Below are positions 10,722 through 21,718 of a stretch of DNA of 64,000 bases, piece by piece; the first letter of the stretch is position 1, and every line of letters begins with the position of its first letter. Under the pieces are notes generated by a model. That model ran no database searches and was not told the DNA's origin. It worked only from the letters and a program-made list of their open reading frames with translations. Made by a program: the position numbers and the translations under genes. The stretch covers positions 448,001-512,000 of the forward strand of contig CM000436.1 of the NCBI GenBank assembly GCA_000165345.1, read 5' to 3'.

Positions 10722-11250
10722 CTCTTATTTATTTATTAGACTGTAAACAATTTCCCGGTAAAAAAGTACGCAATTTATTATCTCACATAATTCTTTATTA
10801 ATTTTTTTTTTATTATTAATTTACTTTTATTTATTTTTCCTTTTGATAAATTAATCTTTGTTTCCTTCGATATTTATATCCCAAATTTTTCATTTATACT
10901 AATATTTTCAACTAGGCGCCATATGTCTCTAACATCCCGCATGTTTTTGTACCGCCATTATATAGTTTAATGCCAAGACGAATTTAGGCGGGTACTTTTA
11001 ATAAATATTTTTTCCCAATAAATAATTGGGGGAAAGAGAAAACCCATATGAAAAAAAAAGAAAAAGGTGCCATAGTAAAAGAGCACCAAGTGACGGAGCA
11101 AAGTATTTTTTTCAAGGTTAAAAATTAATATTCCATATTAATTTTTATTCTTTATATTTGAAGAGGGATCAGAATCACTTTTACTTTCGAGTGTACAATA
11201 TTACCATTAACTTGTATTGAGGTGATTATTACCAATTATAGTATAATAAG

Positions 11251-13212
11251 ATGCCACCCAAATCAAAAGGTCAGACTATCCAACTTAGGGACTTGCAAAG
11301 AATGGCATATGAGAATGGGGAAGTAATGGAAGGAATTTTGCCAACTCAAAGTCTTGGTCTTGAAAGGACTGATAGTTATAATAGTAATCGAGGCGGTAGT
11401 AGAATGTCGAGTAGATATGATAATGATGAGAAGATTGCTCAAATGCTTGAAACAGACTGGAGAAAAGGCAGAGATGGTGGTGATCTTCAAAGAACAAACT
11501 CTAAATCCGGAAGAGATAGATTTAATCGACCAGATATCGATGATGCAATTTATAATACCAATTGGAGAGATGATGCAGGTAGATCCACAGAAAAGCCAAA
11601 ACCTGAGCTGGATTTTAGAAGGGGTACATCTAAAAATTATGATAACTCTTCTGAACCCAGCTCAATCAACTTCAATTGGCGAGATAGCTCCAATTCTGCG
11701 CAAAGTGGTACAGGATCATCTTCAGGTTTTGGATCAAGATTTGGACGTGAAAACTCTGCTAAAGTGCATGTTGACGATAGACCAGACTATCTGAAGAATA
11801 GATTTAAGAAGAGGACTGATATTGAAAATACTACCCAAAGTAATGGTAGTAACAATGTTACCAATAGCTCAAATATTGATAATATTTCCTTTTCTCAAAA
11901 ACTTAATATTTCAGATCCCAAGCCATCATCTAATACGGCTAGTAACCATTCTTCATCTCTTAACGGTATTTTGAATTTGAATAATAGGCCACAGCAATCC
12001 AATAATACTCAAACAACTTCCAAGGTTGAGAAGAAACCAAAACAAGTTAAGAAGATTCAACCTGTTAAGGAAACGAAAAAAATCGACGATTCTGAAACAA
12101 ATCTTGCATTATGGGAAGTTTCTGATCCAATAATTTTGAACACATTTGAAAAAGAGTTATTTGCATTCTTAACTGGAGAAACCCCAAAAGAAAATTCTTC
12201 TCCAGCTTCCCCAATTGAACCTAACACATACTCACCCCCAAGTTCTGATAAAATACATGGATTTATTTCAAACTTTGTAGAAAAATCCATTTCTCCTGAG
12301 GATTCACAATCTCTTTCAATTATTGCCAAGCTTTCCCATGTATTTACTTTATTCTCAACTGCAATGCGCTGTATTGATGACGTTATTTTACTCTCTAAAA
12401 GTCTCTCACCAATATTTAATCACTTTATTACCAAAAACAAAGCGGGAGAAGCTACTGCAAAGCTTTACATCCTTATTGAGATTCAAAGAATGGCTTCTGT
12501 GATCGGAAATCCGAAAGTTGATAATGTTACTAGTATTCTTGAGTCTCTATGGATTTCACTTTTAAAATCCAAAATCGTTTCTAGAGATACATTCAATCTT
12601 TGGCTAAGTAAGAATGATCTTTTAGGTGAAGATAGCAAGCTTGGAAGAAAAAACGCTCTCTTTGAGGTAAGTTTATTCCTTTTTGGAGTTGATTAATTAA
12701 AGTTGAAATATGAAAGATGGTCGATTAAGGACCAATTCTTGGGATTATGTGTGCTATTTATGGCCAAAACATCCTGTAATTTTGTTTAAGTTAATAATAT
12801 ATGTTGTAACTTGAGACTTTTACAATATGCTTTGGCCAAGATTCAATTTGAAAGATTTAGGTTATTTACAATCCATGGACTATAAATTGTCATATGATTT
12901 TGAACCAATTGTATCGCAAATTGGTCAATTTGTTCATTTTCATTTTGATATTTTGGTCTCATTTTAAGATATTGTTTATAATAAAGGCCTTTCATACATA
13001 TCCATATTACATACACAATTTCCAAGCACTTAATAGAGATCCCAAAATTTTACACATATTTTCTCATAATATTAATCAACTTATATATAATCACAATTCA
13101 ATTTTTATTATTACCTTAATGCTTTTTTTAGTTGACTGCATTCTTTGATTGGCTTAATCATGACGAAGTAGCTTTTTCAGAAGAGGAAAATGAAGATGAT
13201 GAAGATTTTTAA
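11251..13212 (+). CDS. W2-domain protein (eIF4G/eIF5/eIF2B-epsilon-type C-terminal domain with terminal acidic/aromatic AA-box); 2 exons: 11251..12666 and 13132..13212
   Basis: The long ORF ends ...GRKNALFE immediately before a GTAAGT donor at 12667. A downstream in-frame exon after tttttttAG (AG at 13130-13131) encodes LTAFFDWLNHDEVAFSEEENEDDEDF*. That is the canonical W2 AA-box tail seen in eIF4G, eIF5, BZW and eIF2B-epsilon. The N-terminus is RG/D-rich low complexity. Confidence 0.5.
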
Positions 13213-13668
13213 TTAACTATTAATATAACCACTCCATCTTTCACTCTGTATTAACACATTTATTCCACGTTTAGTAGCTTGATATTTATAATTATACTCT
13301 GCTTCTGATACTATTTATATGTAAAATTGACTTTTATTCAGTTTAATGCTCTTGTGCATTTTTATTGTAATTATTTAAAAAAATTTAATGTGGACGGCTG
13401 ACGTAGCTAAAAAGAGAATTTCTTTTTATATATAATTTTATAAATTGTGTGTATTTTGAATATAAAATAAATTAATTCCAAAATTGGAAAACCAGAGTAA
13501 AATGCATGCAATTTTGAATTTTTAGATTATTGAAAAGTACTAGAAGATTATTAAAGCTGAGTTTGTGTGATCATTAAATTAACCATAATTAGAATCAAGA
13601 CTTAGTGAACTTTCTTTGAATATTTGTGGTAAACTTGATTTAGAATTACTTTTTAAATTAATGTAAAA

Positions 13669-13998
13669 ATGGCAGATCCAAGTGCTATGCTTAATTATAA
13701 TGCTGAACTGATGAAATGCCTGGAAGAATTGAAGGAAAAAAGGGATGAAGTCAACAGGCAAATAAAGAGGGAAGAAGAGGATAAGGCAAAGATCCAGCGT
13801 GAATTAGGGATTCTGAATGAACGTTTGAAAAGAGTATCTGAAAGTCTTCAAAGAAAAACAATCGCAAGAGCTGAATATGATAAGACCATTCAAGAGATTG
13901 AAGGAGCATACACTAAAATCTTGGAATCTTCTCAAACTCTTCTCCATGTGTTAAAGAGAGAATCTGTTAATCTATCCAATCCAAAGAAGAGGGCTTGA
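13669..13998 (+). CDS. SSNA1: SSNA1/NA14/DIP13 family coiled-coil microtubule-associated protein
   Basis: The 109-aa protein LNYNAELMKCLEELKEKRDEVNRQIKREEEDKAKIQRELGILNERLKRVSESLQRKTIARAEYDKTIQEIEGAYTKILESSQTLLHVLKRE aligns along its length with human SSNA1 (LQNYNNELVKCIEEL...KILESSQTLLSVLKRE). Confidence 0.8.
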   Translation: MADPSAMLNYNAELMKCLEELKEKRDEVNRQIKREEEDKAKIQRELGILNERLKRVSESLQRKTIARAEYDKTIQEIEGAYTKILESSQTLLHVLKRESVNLSNPKKRA

Positions 13999-14347
13999 TT
14001 TGAGCATAGTATTAAAAATATATAAAAGAAGGCCAAAAACTGGTGTATCTTCTTTAAGTTTTGTCTTTAGAATCACTTGTAAGAAGGTGGAAAGCTGAAT
14101 TTCTTGTACTATTATGTTTTTCCATCATGATACAAGTATTATACTTTTATGATGAGATTACAATTAGTTGAGTCTTTCTTTTTTCTTGATAAGTCACTTA
14201 TATATAAACAAAATGCTTTTTTTTCGTAATGAAGTGCTTGTTAGATATTTGAAAATTCTAGTAAATAAACAATTGTGGCTTAAAATTAGCTCAAGTTAAG
14301 AATTGGAAAAAGTATAAAATAAAAAAGCTTACCAAAAACTCAAGCTC

Positions 14348-15757
14348 TTAACCCCATGTCTCCTTTAAAATAGTTGATAAATCCTCCTTTGTAACTGTTG
14401 CAGGATTTGTATGAATAGCTTCATCACTTAAAGCTCTAGAAATCATTCTATCCAAGTTCATTTGTAATGTATTGAAATTTAAATTATCAATTACACTCTT
14501 TTTACTAAGAATTGGTATTGTCCTCAATGCATTTTCTTCTGTAACATAGGCTCGAGTTTCTTTATCAGATATTGAAAATGATCCAGATACATGATTGATA
14601 AATTCTTGATTATCTATTTCTATACATTGCGAGAATACTGACAATTTAACACCTATTGGGTCAAACCATCCTTTAGACTTGAAATTAGATAGAGAAGAAT
14701 GAATTGAACTGAGAGAATCTGGAAGTAAGAGAGTCTTTTTTATTTCATCAATTCTGTTTAAAAGTGCCTGTATTTTATTAGAATTTGAATCTTCTGGGTT
14801 ACTTATTCCAAGTTCAACTGAAAGATTTGCAATCAAAGGCCCCACAGTCTGGCTTTTCTTTATATTAAAGTTGAGCACTTGAGTAATCACAATACTGTCA
14901 ATAAGTCCATGAGGAAGTGTAAATACTTCTGAAATACTTCTGGATAAGATTGTTCCAAGACCTACATCAGTTGCTGAAATTGCAACTCCAGATATTGAAG
15001 CAGCCTTATGGATTTCTTGCAATAAACTAATATCCTTCTCAATGACAGCTTTAGTCAAACTATTAAATAAAATTCTTAAAGACTGAATAGCCATACATGA
15101 TGAATAATGGTTTGAAGAATTACTAATGTAAGACTCTAATCCATGAAGAAGAGCTCTCATACCTGTAATAGAAGCCACAAACATTGGAATTGTTAATATG
15201 AAACTCGAGTCTATTACTGATATATCTGGTAAAAACGCCACACCTGAAACTATCATTTGTCTGCCATCATCATTCCTTAAAACCGCCGTAGATGTCACTT
15301 CTGACCCAGAACCACATGTTGTCGGAATGCATACCAACTTCTTTATTAAACTCCCTCTTCTATGTATCATTGCCTTTTTTGAACTCTTTTCCTTATCATT
15401 ATTGTTAGTTCCCATTGCAAGTGAACGCAAAGTCGTATTCGGATCCTCGTATAAAACTCTTAGTACTTTTGCTATATCCATACAATGTCCTCCACCCATC
15501 CCTATTATACAGTCAGGCTTATATGATTTCATCTGCAAAAGAATTGTGCTTAATGCATTCGCATCTGACTCACATAGCTCAGAAAACTCTATTTGAATTC
15601 CATTCTTCTTCACCATCGACTCAACTCTCATCGCCTGACATTTTACTGCTGAAGAAAATACCAATATGGCTCGCCCCACATTTGAATCCAACAAATCTGA
15701 GATTATATCTCTAAAGGAATCCATATTATAGTATATTATTGGTGTAAGAATTAACAT
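14348..15757 (-). CDS. Iron-containing (group III) alcohol dehydrogenase, monofunctional
   Basis: Fe-ADH motifs are present: PDCIIGMGGGHCMDIAKV, CIPTTCGSGSEVT and GMRALLHGLESY. The tracked ORF starts with TTG at 15787. The first ATG whose downstream sequence fits the family N-terminus (MLILTPIIYYN ~ FxxPxxIxFG) is at 15757. An alternative ATG lies at 15724. Confidence 0.8.
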   Translation of the reverse strand: MLILTPIIYYNMDSFRDIISDLLDSNVGRAILVFSSAVKCQAMRVESMVKKNGIQIEFSELCESDANALSTILLQMKSYKPDCIIGMGGGHCMDIAKVLRVLYEDPNTTLRSLAMGTNNNDKEKSSKKAMIHRRGSLIKKLVCIPTTCGSGSEVTSTAVLRNDDGRQMIVSGVAFLPDISVIDSSFILTIPMFVASITGMRALLHGLESYISNSSNHYSSCMAIQSLRILFNSLTKAVIEKDISLLQEIHKAASISGVAISATDVGLGTILSRSISEVFTLPHGLIDSIVITQVLNFNIKKSQTVGPLIANLSVELGISNPEDSNSNKIQALLNRIDEIKKTLLLPDSLSSIHSSLSNFKSKGWFDPIGVKLSVFSQCIEIDNQEFINHVSGSFSISDKETRAYVTEENALRTIPILSKKSVIDNLNFNTLQMNLDRMISRALSDEAIHTNPATVTKEDLSTILKETWG

Positions 15758-15936
15758 TTTTTTTATCTTAACAACTATATTAATCAATATTTACCCAAAT
15801 TTTCTCAAAAAAAAAATACTCTTTAGCTCAAAAAAATACTTTAAATGACTATTTTTCACAACAAATTGTCCAACTGCCATTACTGTCAAAAGTGCATGCA
15901 AACATGCAATTTATTCTCTACATTACGTCATTCCAC

Positions 15937-15950
15937 TTAGGCGCCAAACC
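15937..15950. promoter_or_regulatory. E2F-like box TTAGGCGCCAAACC with adjacent GCATGCA elements (15892-15910)
   Basis: It lies between the divergent Fe-ADH and membrane-protein genes. Confidence 0.4.
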
Positions 15951-16125
15951 TTAAGTAAAATCCTATACCGGGTAATATATTGAAAAAAAATTATATTAAT
16001 GGATCAACCAAAAATTGTACAAAAATATTAAAAGTCGTCTCAGATGGTTCCTAAAGTTAACAAATTAGTTTGATGTTTATTAATACTTGGTTATTTATAC
16101 TCTAATTGGGAGTAACATTTTAATA

Positions 16126-16934
16126 ATGACCGAGATTGAGGTAGCTTTGAGTTTTACTTCGTTTTTAATGCTTGTACTTACAAGTAGTATTCCTAATTTG
16201 TACAGATACATTGCATTGCTGTTAATTGAATTATGTTCGTGTATTATTGTTTCCATTCTACTTATTATCAAGCCCAAGTCTAATCAACGTTCTCTCTTAC
16301 CCACTATTGCATTAATTTCATATTCACTTATTAATGGTTTTATTGGAACTATTCTAACTATTTTTACTGCTTTTTTCTTGGGAGCTCACCTTGTTGACTT
16401 TGGAACCATTGTATTGTCTCTTTATTTTGGATTGGTTACTTTTAGAACATGTATATTTACTGGTTTTAAAAGTCTATTAGTTATGATTATTAAAAGGTAA
16501 GTGTATAAGTATAATGAGGAGAAATAAACAAGAAAAGTATATATTGGTCTCAAATGATTAAAACACTTAAGGGGTTTAAATGAGCTTAATATTTTATTAT
16601 TAAGTGATTTAAAAAAAAGAAATTGAATCTTTTCAATTTTATGATGAGCAAATATATCTACAAGAGAAAAATCCAAGCAAGTCAATTTTTCTCCTTTTTC
16701 TTTTATTCAATAATTTTAACTATTTAAATTATTTAGTCCTACTTTAAAGCCAAAAGATAGTAATATTGCTCCTATATTCTATTCTGCCTTATTAGCTTAC
16801 TTTTCTTGTTTTTCATGTATTCTTCAGTCAAACAACAACCTATTAAAATGGCCAAATTTTATACTCTTAGGAGCTGTTTTTGGAAGATTTCTAGGTACAT
16901 TATACAAGCTTTTTACTGGGAAGCCAAATGGTAA
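16126..16934 (+). CDS. Small multi-pass membrane protein (hypothetical), putative 2 exons: 16126..16496 and 16796..16934
   Basis: The hydrophobic ORF has four or more predicted TM segments. The first ATG is at 16126; the track start at 16087 is TTG. The ORF terminates at a GTAAGT donor at 16497. A downstream in-frame hydrophobic exon follows ...cttattAG and ends at a TAA at 16932-16934. The splice model is tentative. Confidence 0.35.
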
Positions 16935-17116
16935 AAGCAAATCAAAAGAATAGATCTTGTATGAATTAATTTAGAAGTATTTAGTATTAAGAAAATTATC
17001 AAGTATTTTAATATTTTGTTTATTATTTAGCAACTATTAGTCTTATATTATCTGTACTATTGAAATTTTCCAATTTTGACAATATTAAGTATTTTTAATG
17101 TACTTAATCTCAGTAA

Positions 17117-19893
17117 TTAATGTTCTGGATATCTGACAAATCCAGAATAAGCGTCAATATAGAGTTGTTTAATCTCATTTAAAAGAGGGAATCTTGGATT
17201 AGCTCCCACACATTGATCATCAAGAGCATGGATACTCATAGACTCAACTTTTGACATATAATGTTCTTCCTCTATTCCATGATCTTTAACACACATTGGA
17301 ACTTGTAATGTTTTCTTGAGATTTTGTATTGCTTCAACTAGAATTCTAATATTAATACTCTCTTGATCCAAATTACTATCAAAGCTCTGATTGGACTTGA
17401 AATGCAAGATATCAACAAGCTTTGCATATCTACTCTTTGCTACAGGATACTTGTACTGAGATAGAATGGACTGTTTTGTTGGTCTATTAGATGCATTGTA
17501 AGAAATAATATGTGGTAAAAGTATTGCATTTGCAATTCCATGTGGAATATGCATTTGAGCTCCCAGTTGGTGAGCTAGAGCATGGCAAATTCCAAGAAAA
17601 GCATTTGAGAATGCCATACCAGCAATAGATGAAGCATTGTGTACATATTCTCTTGCCTTGGCATCTGCATTGATAACAGAGTTTGGCAAATGATCGAATA
17701 TAAGTCTCATAGCTTGAATGCAAAGTCCATCAGTGTATTCAGAAGCATAGGTTGCAACAAAAGCTTCAAGGGCATGTGTTAGAGCATCTAAGCCAGTTGC
17801 AGCTGCAAGGAACCTTGGCATAGAAAGAACAAAGTTGGCATCAACAATGGCCATATCAGGAGTAAGCTTGTAAGAAGCAATAGGATATTTGATTCCAGTG
17901 CTGTTATCAGTAATTACAGCAAATGGAGTCATTTCTGCTCCAGTACCAGAAGTAGTAGGAATACAAATAAATCTTTGAATTTTTCCACCGCTGGGAGGTA
18001 GTTTGACAATTCTCTTTCTAATATCCATAAATCTAGTAACAACTTCATTCCATTTGACAGTTGGATGTTCATACATAAGCCTTACAAGCTTGGAAGCGTC
18101 CATAGGAGAGCCTCCTCCAAAACCAATAAGACAATCTGGTTTGCTTACATTTAATCTTTTAACAATTTCCTTGACAGTTTCAACATCAGGTTCAGGAGGG
18201 ACTTCTGCAAACATCTCAGAGGCTACTCCTACAGACTTGAGACCTTCAATAAGATTATCAACAAACCCAAGACTAACCATGACTCTATCAGTAATAATGT
18301 AGGCTTTCTTTAAATTGATTTCTTTGAGATCTTGTAAAGCTTCTTCAAGGCATCCTCTATTGAAATAAATAGAAGGTGGAACCTTAAACCAGGAGATGTG
18401 GTCCCTTCTTTGTACAACTTGCTTGTAATTAAGCAAATGTTTTACACCAATTCCCTCAGCTGTTGAAGTATGGCCCCAGGAACCACATCCCAAAGTCAAA
18501 GAAGGAGTTTGACGGAAGTTAAACATTTCACCCATTGCTCCTTGAGCAGCTGGCATGCAAACTAGAACTCTTCCAGTGGGAATGCTTCTCTGGAACTCAG
18601 TAATTCTGCGTTTTCCTTCATCAGAATTTGGGTCAGTATATATACAAGATGTGTGTCCCAAACCACCAAATTCAACTAAGGCTTTTGCCTTGGAAACACC
18701 ATCATTAAAGTCGCTAGCTCTGATGATTGACAATACAGGACACAACTTTTCGTGAGACAGTTTCTCCCCTCTTCCAATTTCGTTGATTTCAGCAAGAATC
18801 ATAACAGCATCTTTTGGGATATCAATGGATGCCATCTTTGCGATTTCAACTGCACTAATTCCAACAGATTTAGGATTCATATTTCCATTTTCGTCAATTA
18901 ATAAATTCCCAAGTCTCTGGAGCTCATCTTTTGAAGAAATGATATGTACTCCTCTATTTTTGAATCCAGAAATCAACTTATCATATACTGAATCTAGAAC
19001 CACCAAACATTGTTCGGATGCGCAAATTAAACTGTTATCAAATGTTTTGGATAAAATTACTGAGTTCACAACCATTTCCAAATCTGAGAGTTCATCAACT
19101 AATACTGGTGAATTTCCTGCTCCTCCTCCCAAGGCTGGTTTTCCACATGAATAAGCTGCCTTCACCAAAGCCACTGAACCTGTTGCTAGAATGGCACTGA
19201 CAGAGCTATGGTTCATTAAGGAATTACATAAGGAAATACTTGCAACATCGATCCAACCAATACAATCCTCTGGAGCTCCTGCTTCTATTGCTGCATCCCT
19301 GATAATTTTGGCTGCTCTTATGGAGCTTCTAGCAGTTCTTGGATGAGGAGAAAATACTATGCAGTTTCTTGTCTTAAGGGAGATGAGGGATTTGAAGATC
19401 GTTGTAGATGTTGGATTTGTACATGGAGAGATTCCTGCCAAAATTCCCAATGGTTCAGCAACAATATCAATTCCTCCAAATTCATCATGTTCAATTACTC
19501 CTACAGTCTTTGTATTTCTGTACTTATTATAAATATTCTCTGATGCAAAGTGATTCTTTATTATCTTATCCTCTAACAATCCCATTCCACCATCTTCTAT
19601 TGCTAATACTGCCAACTCATATCTTGCACAGTTTGCTGCCAAGGAAGCTCTTTGAAAAATATAATCAACTTGCTCTTGAGAAAGTTTTAAAAAAGCTTTC
19701 TGAGCTACTTCCACCTTTAATTAGAAGAAAAATATATAAATAATAATCAAATCCAAGTTAATTCATATTTTTGGAGCTAGGAACAATCTGTTCCTCAATT
19801 TTCTCTTACCTTTTTTAATAATTCATCCAAGGACTCAACAGAATCGACCAGCTTTCCAATGCTCTGTGATACCTCAGGAATGTAAGCACTCAT
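17117..19893 (-). CDS. adhE: Bifunctional aldehyde/alcohol dehydrogenase AdhE, 2 exons: 19893..19810 and 19714..17117
   Basis: The 865-aa main ORF has ALDH and Fe-ADH domains. The tracked ORF begins with GTG at 19714 and has an in-frame TAA three codons upstream, so it has no usable ATG. An 84-nt upstream exon encodes MSAYIPEVSQSIGKLVDSVESLDELLKK, followed by a GTAAGA donor. An AG acceptor sits directly before GTGGAAGTAGCT. The spliced N-terminus ...ELDELLKKVEVAQKAFLKLSQEQVDYIFQRASLAA matches the E. coli AdhE N-terminus ...ELNALVERVKKAQREYASFTQEQVDKIFRAAALAA. Confidence 0.85.
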
Positions 19894-20620
19894 ATTTGAA
19901 AATCTGGAAAAATAATAAACAGTGTATTTATTTTCTTAATAATTATTTTCCTATAAATTATTCTCTAGCTCTGCTGATTAGTTTATTTACTCATTTTTTT
20001 TAATATCGCATGTAAACTCTACAAAAGTAGGCCGGTAAATACAAAAATTGCATGTAAACAATAAAAATGCATGCAATCCTCGAATTTCTGTCAAATTTTA
20101 AATTATTGAACTTATTTTCGATTCTTATGAATACTATTATTTTTAATGCTTTACTATTCGCCTTTTTCATTTATATACTAATTGATTCAAATACACAACA
20201 ACTTATTCCATTTCTTTAATTCTTCTGACATTGCTAGCTAAAAAAAATTTTGTAAATAACTAAATTTCAAAATAAATAAAATAGCATAATCCTGTAATTA
20301 CCTAGAATTAGTTTCATTAGAACAATACGTTGATGGAATCCTCTATTCAAATCCTTCTATTTACTTTCACATATTTTTTTTTTTACCTATTCGTCATTCA
20401 CAAAAATCCTATACCGGCATTAAATTTAGGCGCCAAAACTAATTATTTTCTCTTTTTCTATTCCATTTCAACATATAATAAGATTAACAAGTTAAAGCCA
20501 ATTTTATTTCTATAGAAATTTGGGGAGTTTTTTTTTGTAAAGTTTCTCCTTAAATTAATTGCTCCCCCTCAACTTTCTACTTTCAGTTTTATTTATACCC
20601 CACAACATGGAAAGGCAATT

Positions 20621-21556
20621 ATGAATAGTGAATGCAAGACTTTAGAAAAAGATATAGGTCTTGCTTATTGTAAAGTACTCTTGGTGGGTGTTGGAGGAAT
20701 TGGAACAGAAATCCTTAGATGTCTGATATTCTCCGGATTTAGACGAATTGATATCGTTGACTATGACTACGTTGAAGTCTCCAATATTTCCAGACAACTA
20801 TTTTTCAACCTTGGAGATGAAGGAAAGTCCAAGGTGCATGTTTTGGCGGCAAACGCAACAAACCACTTCAAGTCAGCAAAAGGATTAGAAATCAAGCCTT
20901 TTCATTCTGACATTTCCGACTTTTTCTCAAAGTTCAATGTGACCCCATCCGACTACAAAATCATTCTTTCTGGTTTGGATAATATTCATGCAAGAAGGAC
21001 ATTGAATGCTATAGTAATGACGCAATCTAGTCCTCAAGCTTATCCAATACTATTAGATAGTGGTACTGAAGGATTTAATGGCCATTCTAGAATCATTATT
21101 CCGGGAGAAACATCCTGCTATGAATGTACAATGGGACTCAACGTCCAAGATACTAACTTTCCACTCTGTGAAATCAAAGAATTCCCTAGAACACCTATTC
21201 ATTGTATAGCATATGCAAATTTTATATATGAGGAAGATGAACAAGACAATGAGGACTTTAAAAATCACAAAATTCTTAAGATTTATCAACTAGCACAAGA
21301 ACATGCAAAATCTTTTGGAATTCAGGGAGTCACTTTAGAATTAACAAAACAAATTATTGGAAATATCTTCCCAACACTTCTTTCTACAAATACAATTATT
21401 GCATCCTCTGTGGTTTCCCAGGCCATTAAGTATCTAAGAGGCTCTGGACAAGCCAAGAACCTTAAAAACTATTTTATGTATTATGGTCAAACAGGTATAT
21501 ATTCATCCTGCTTTGAAATTCACAAAGACGAAAACTGTATTTTTTGTAAGATATAA
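20621..21556 (+). CDS. UBA3: NEDD8-activating enzyme E1 catalytic subunit (UBA3-like ThiF/E1)
   Basis: VLLVGVGGIGTEILRCLIFSGF...DYDYVEVSNISRQ, SGTEGFNGHSRIIIPGETSCYECT, and FPLCEIKEFPRTPIHCIAY with the C-terminal ENCIFC motif are collinear with human UBA3 (...[24 protein letters not shown]...FPMCTIASMPRLPEHCIEY...ENCPACS). Confidence 0.85.
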   Translation: MNSECKTLEKDIGLAYCKVLLVGVGGIGTEILRCLIFSGFRRIDIVDYDYVEVSNISRQLFFNLGDEGKSKVHVLAANATNHFKSAKGLEIKPFHSDISDFFSKFNVTPSDYKIILSGLDNIHARRTLNAIVMTQSSPQAYPILLDSGTEGFNGHSRIIIPGETSCYECTMGLNVQDTNFPLCEIKEFPRTPIHCIAYANFIYEEDEQDNEDFKNHKILKIYQLAQEHAKSFGIQGVTLELTKQIIGNIFPTLLSTNTIIASSVVSQAIKYLRGSGQAKNLKNYFMYYGQTGIYSSCFEIHKDENCIFCKI

Positions 21557-21718
21557 AATTATAGTTGGACTATCCGATCCATTCATATTTACTCATTTAT
21601 TATTCACTATTAACTTATTTATTTCTACCGGAAGTCCTTTTCTCTAAGACTCCCAATCTAGAATTAATCTCATCTTTCAAATAAAAATTAGATTACATTC
21701 TATCCGATTTATTGTCTA

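Noticed and set aside
12843-13148. ORFs 12843..13025 (-) and 12894..13148 (+)
   Set aside because: They lie inside the proposed 465-nt intron of the W2-domain gene. They are AT-rich and low-complexity with no homology signal. The plus-strand ORF reads straight through the AG acceptor into exon 2 out of phase.
15787-15787. Tracked ORF starts for several genes (15787, 16087, 19714, 26816, 34044, 40228, 43522, 55373, 63528)
   Set aside because: At these positions the first codon is TTG or GTG, translated as M by the ORF tool. In a eukaryote an ATG (or a spliced upstream exon, as for AdhE) is required, so starts were moved to the first in-frame ATG that preserves signal peptides or conserved N-termini.
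18003-19743. Multiple 60-123-aa plus-strand ORFs antisense to AdhE
   Set aside because: They are antisense to a highly conserved, clearly coding gene, and none has homology. They are typical antisense open frames.
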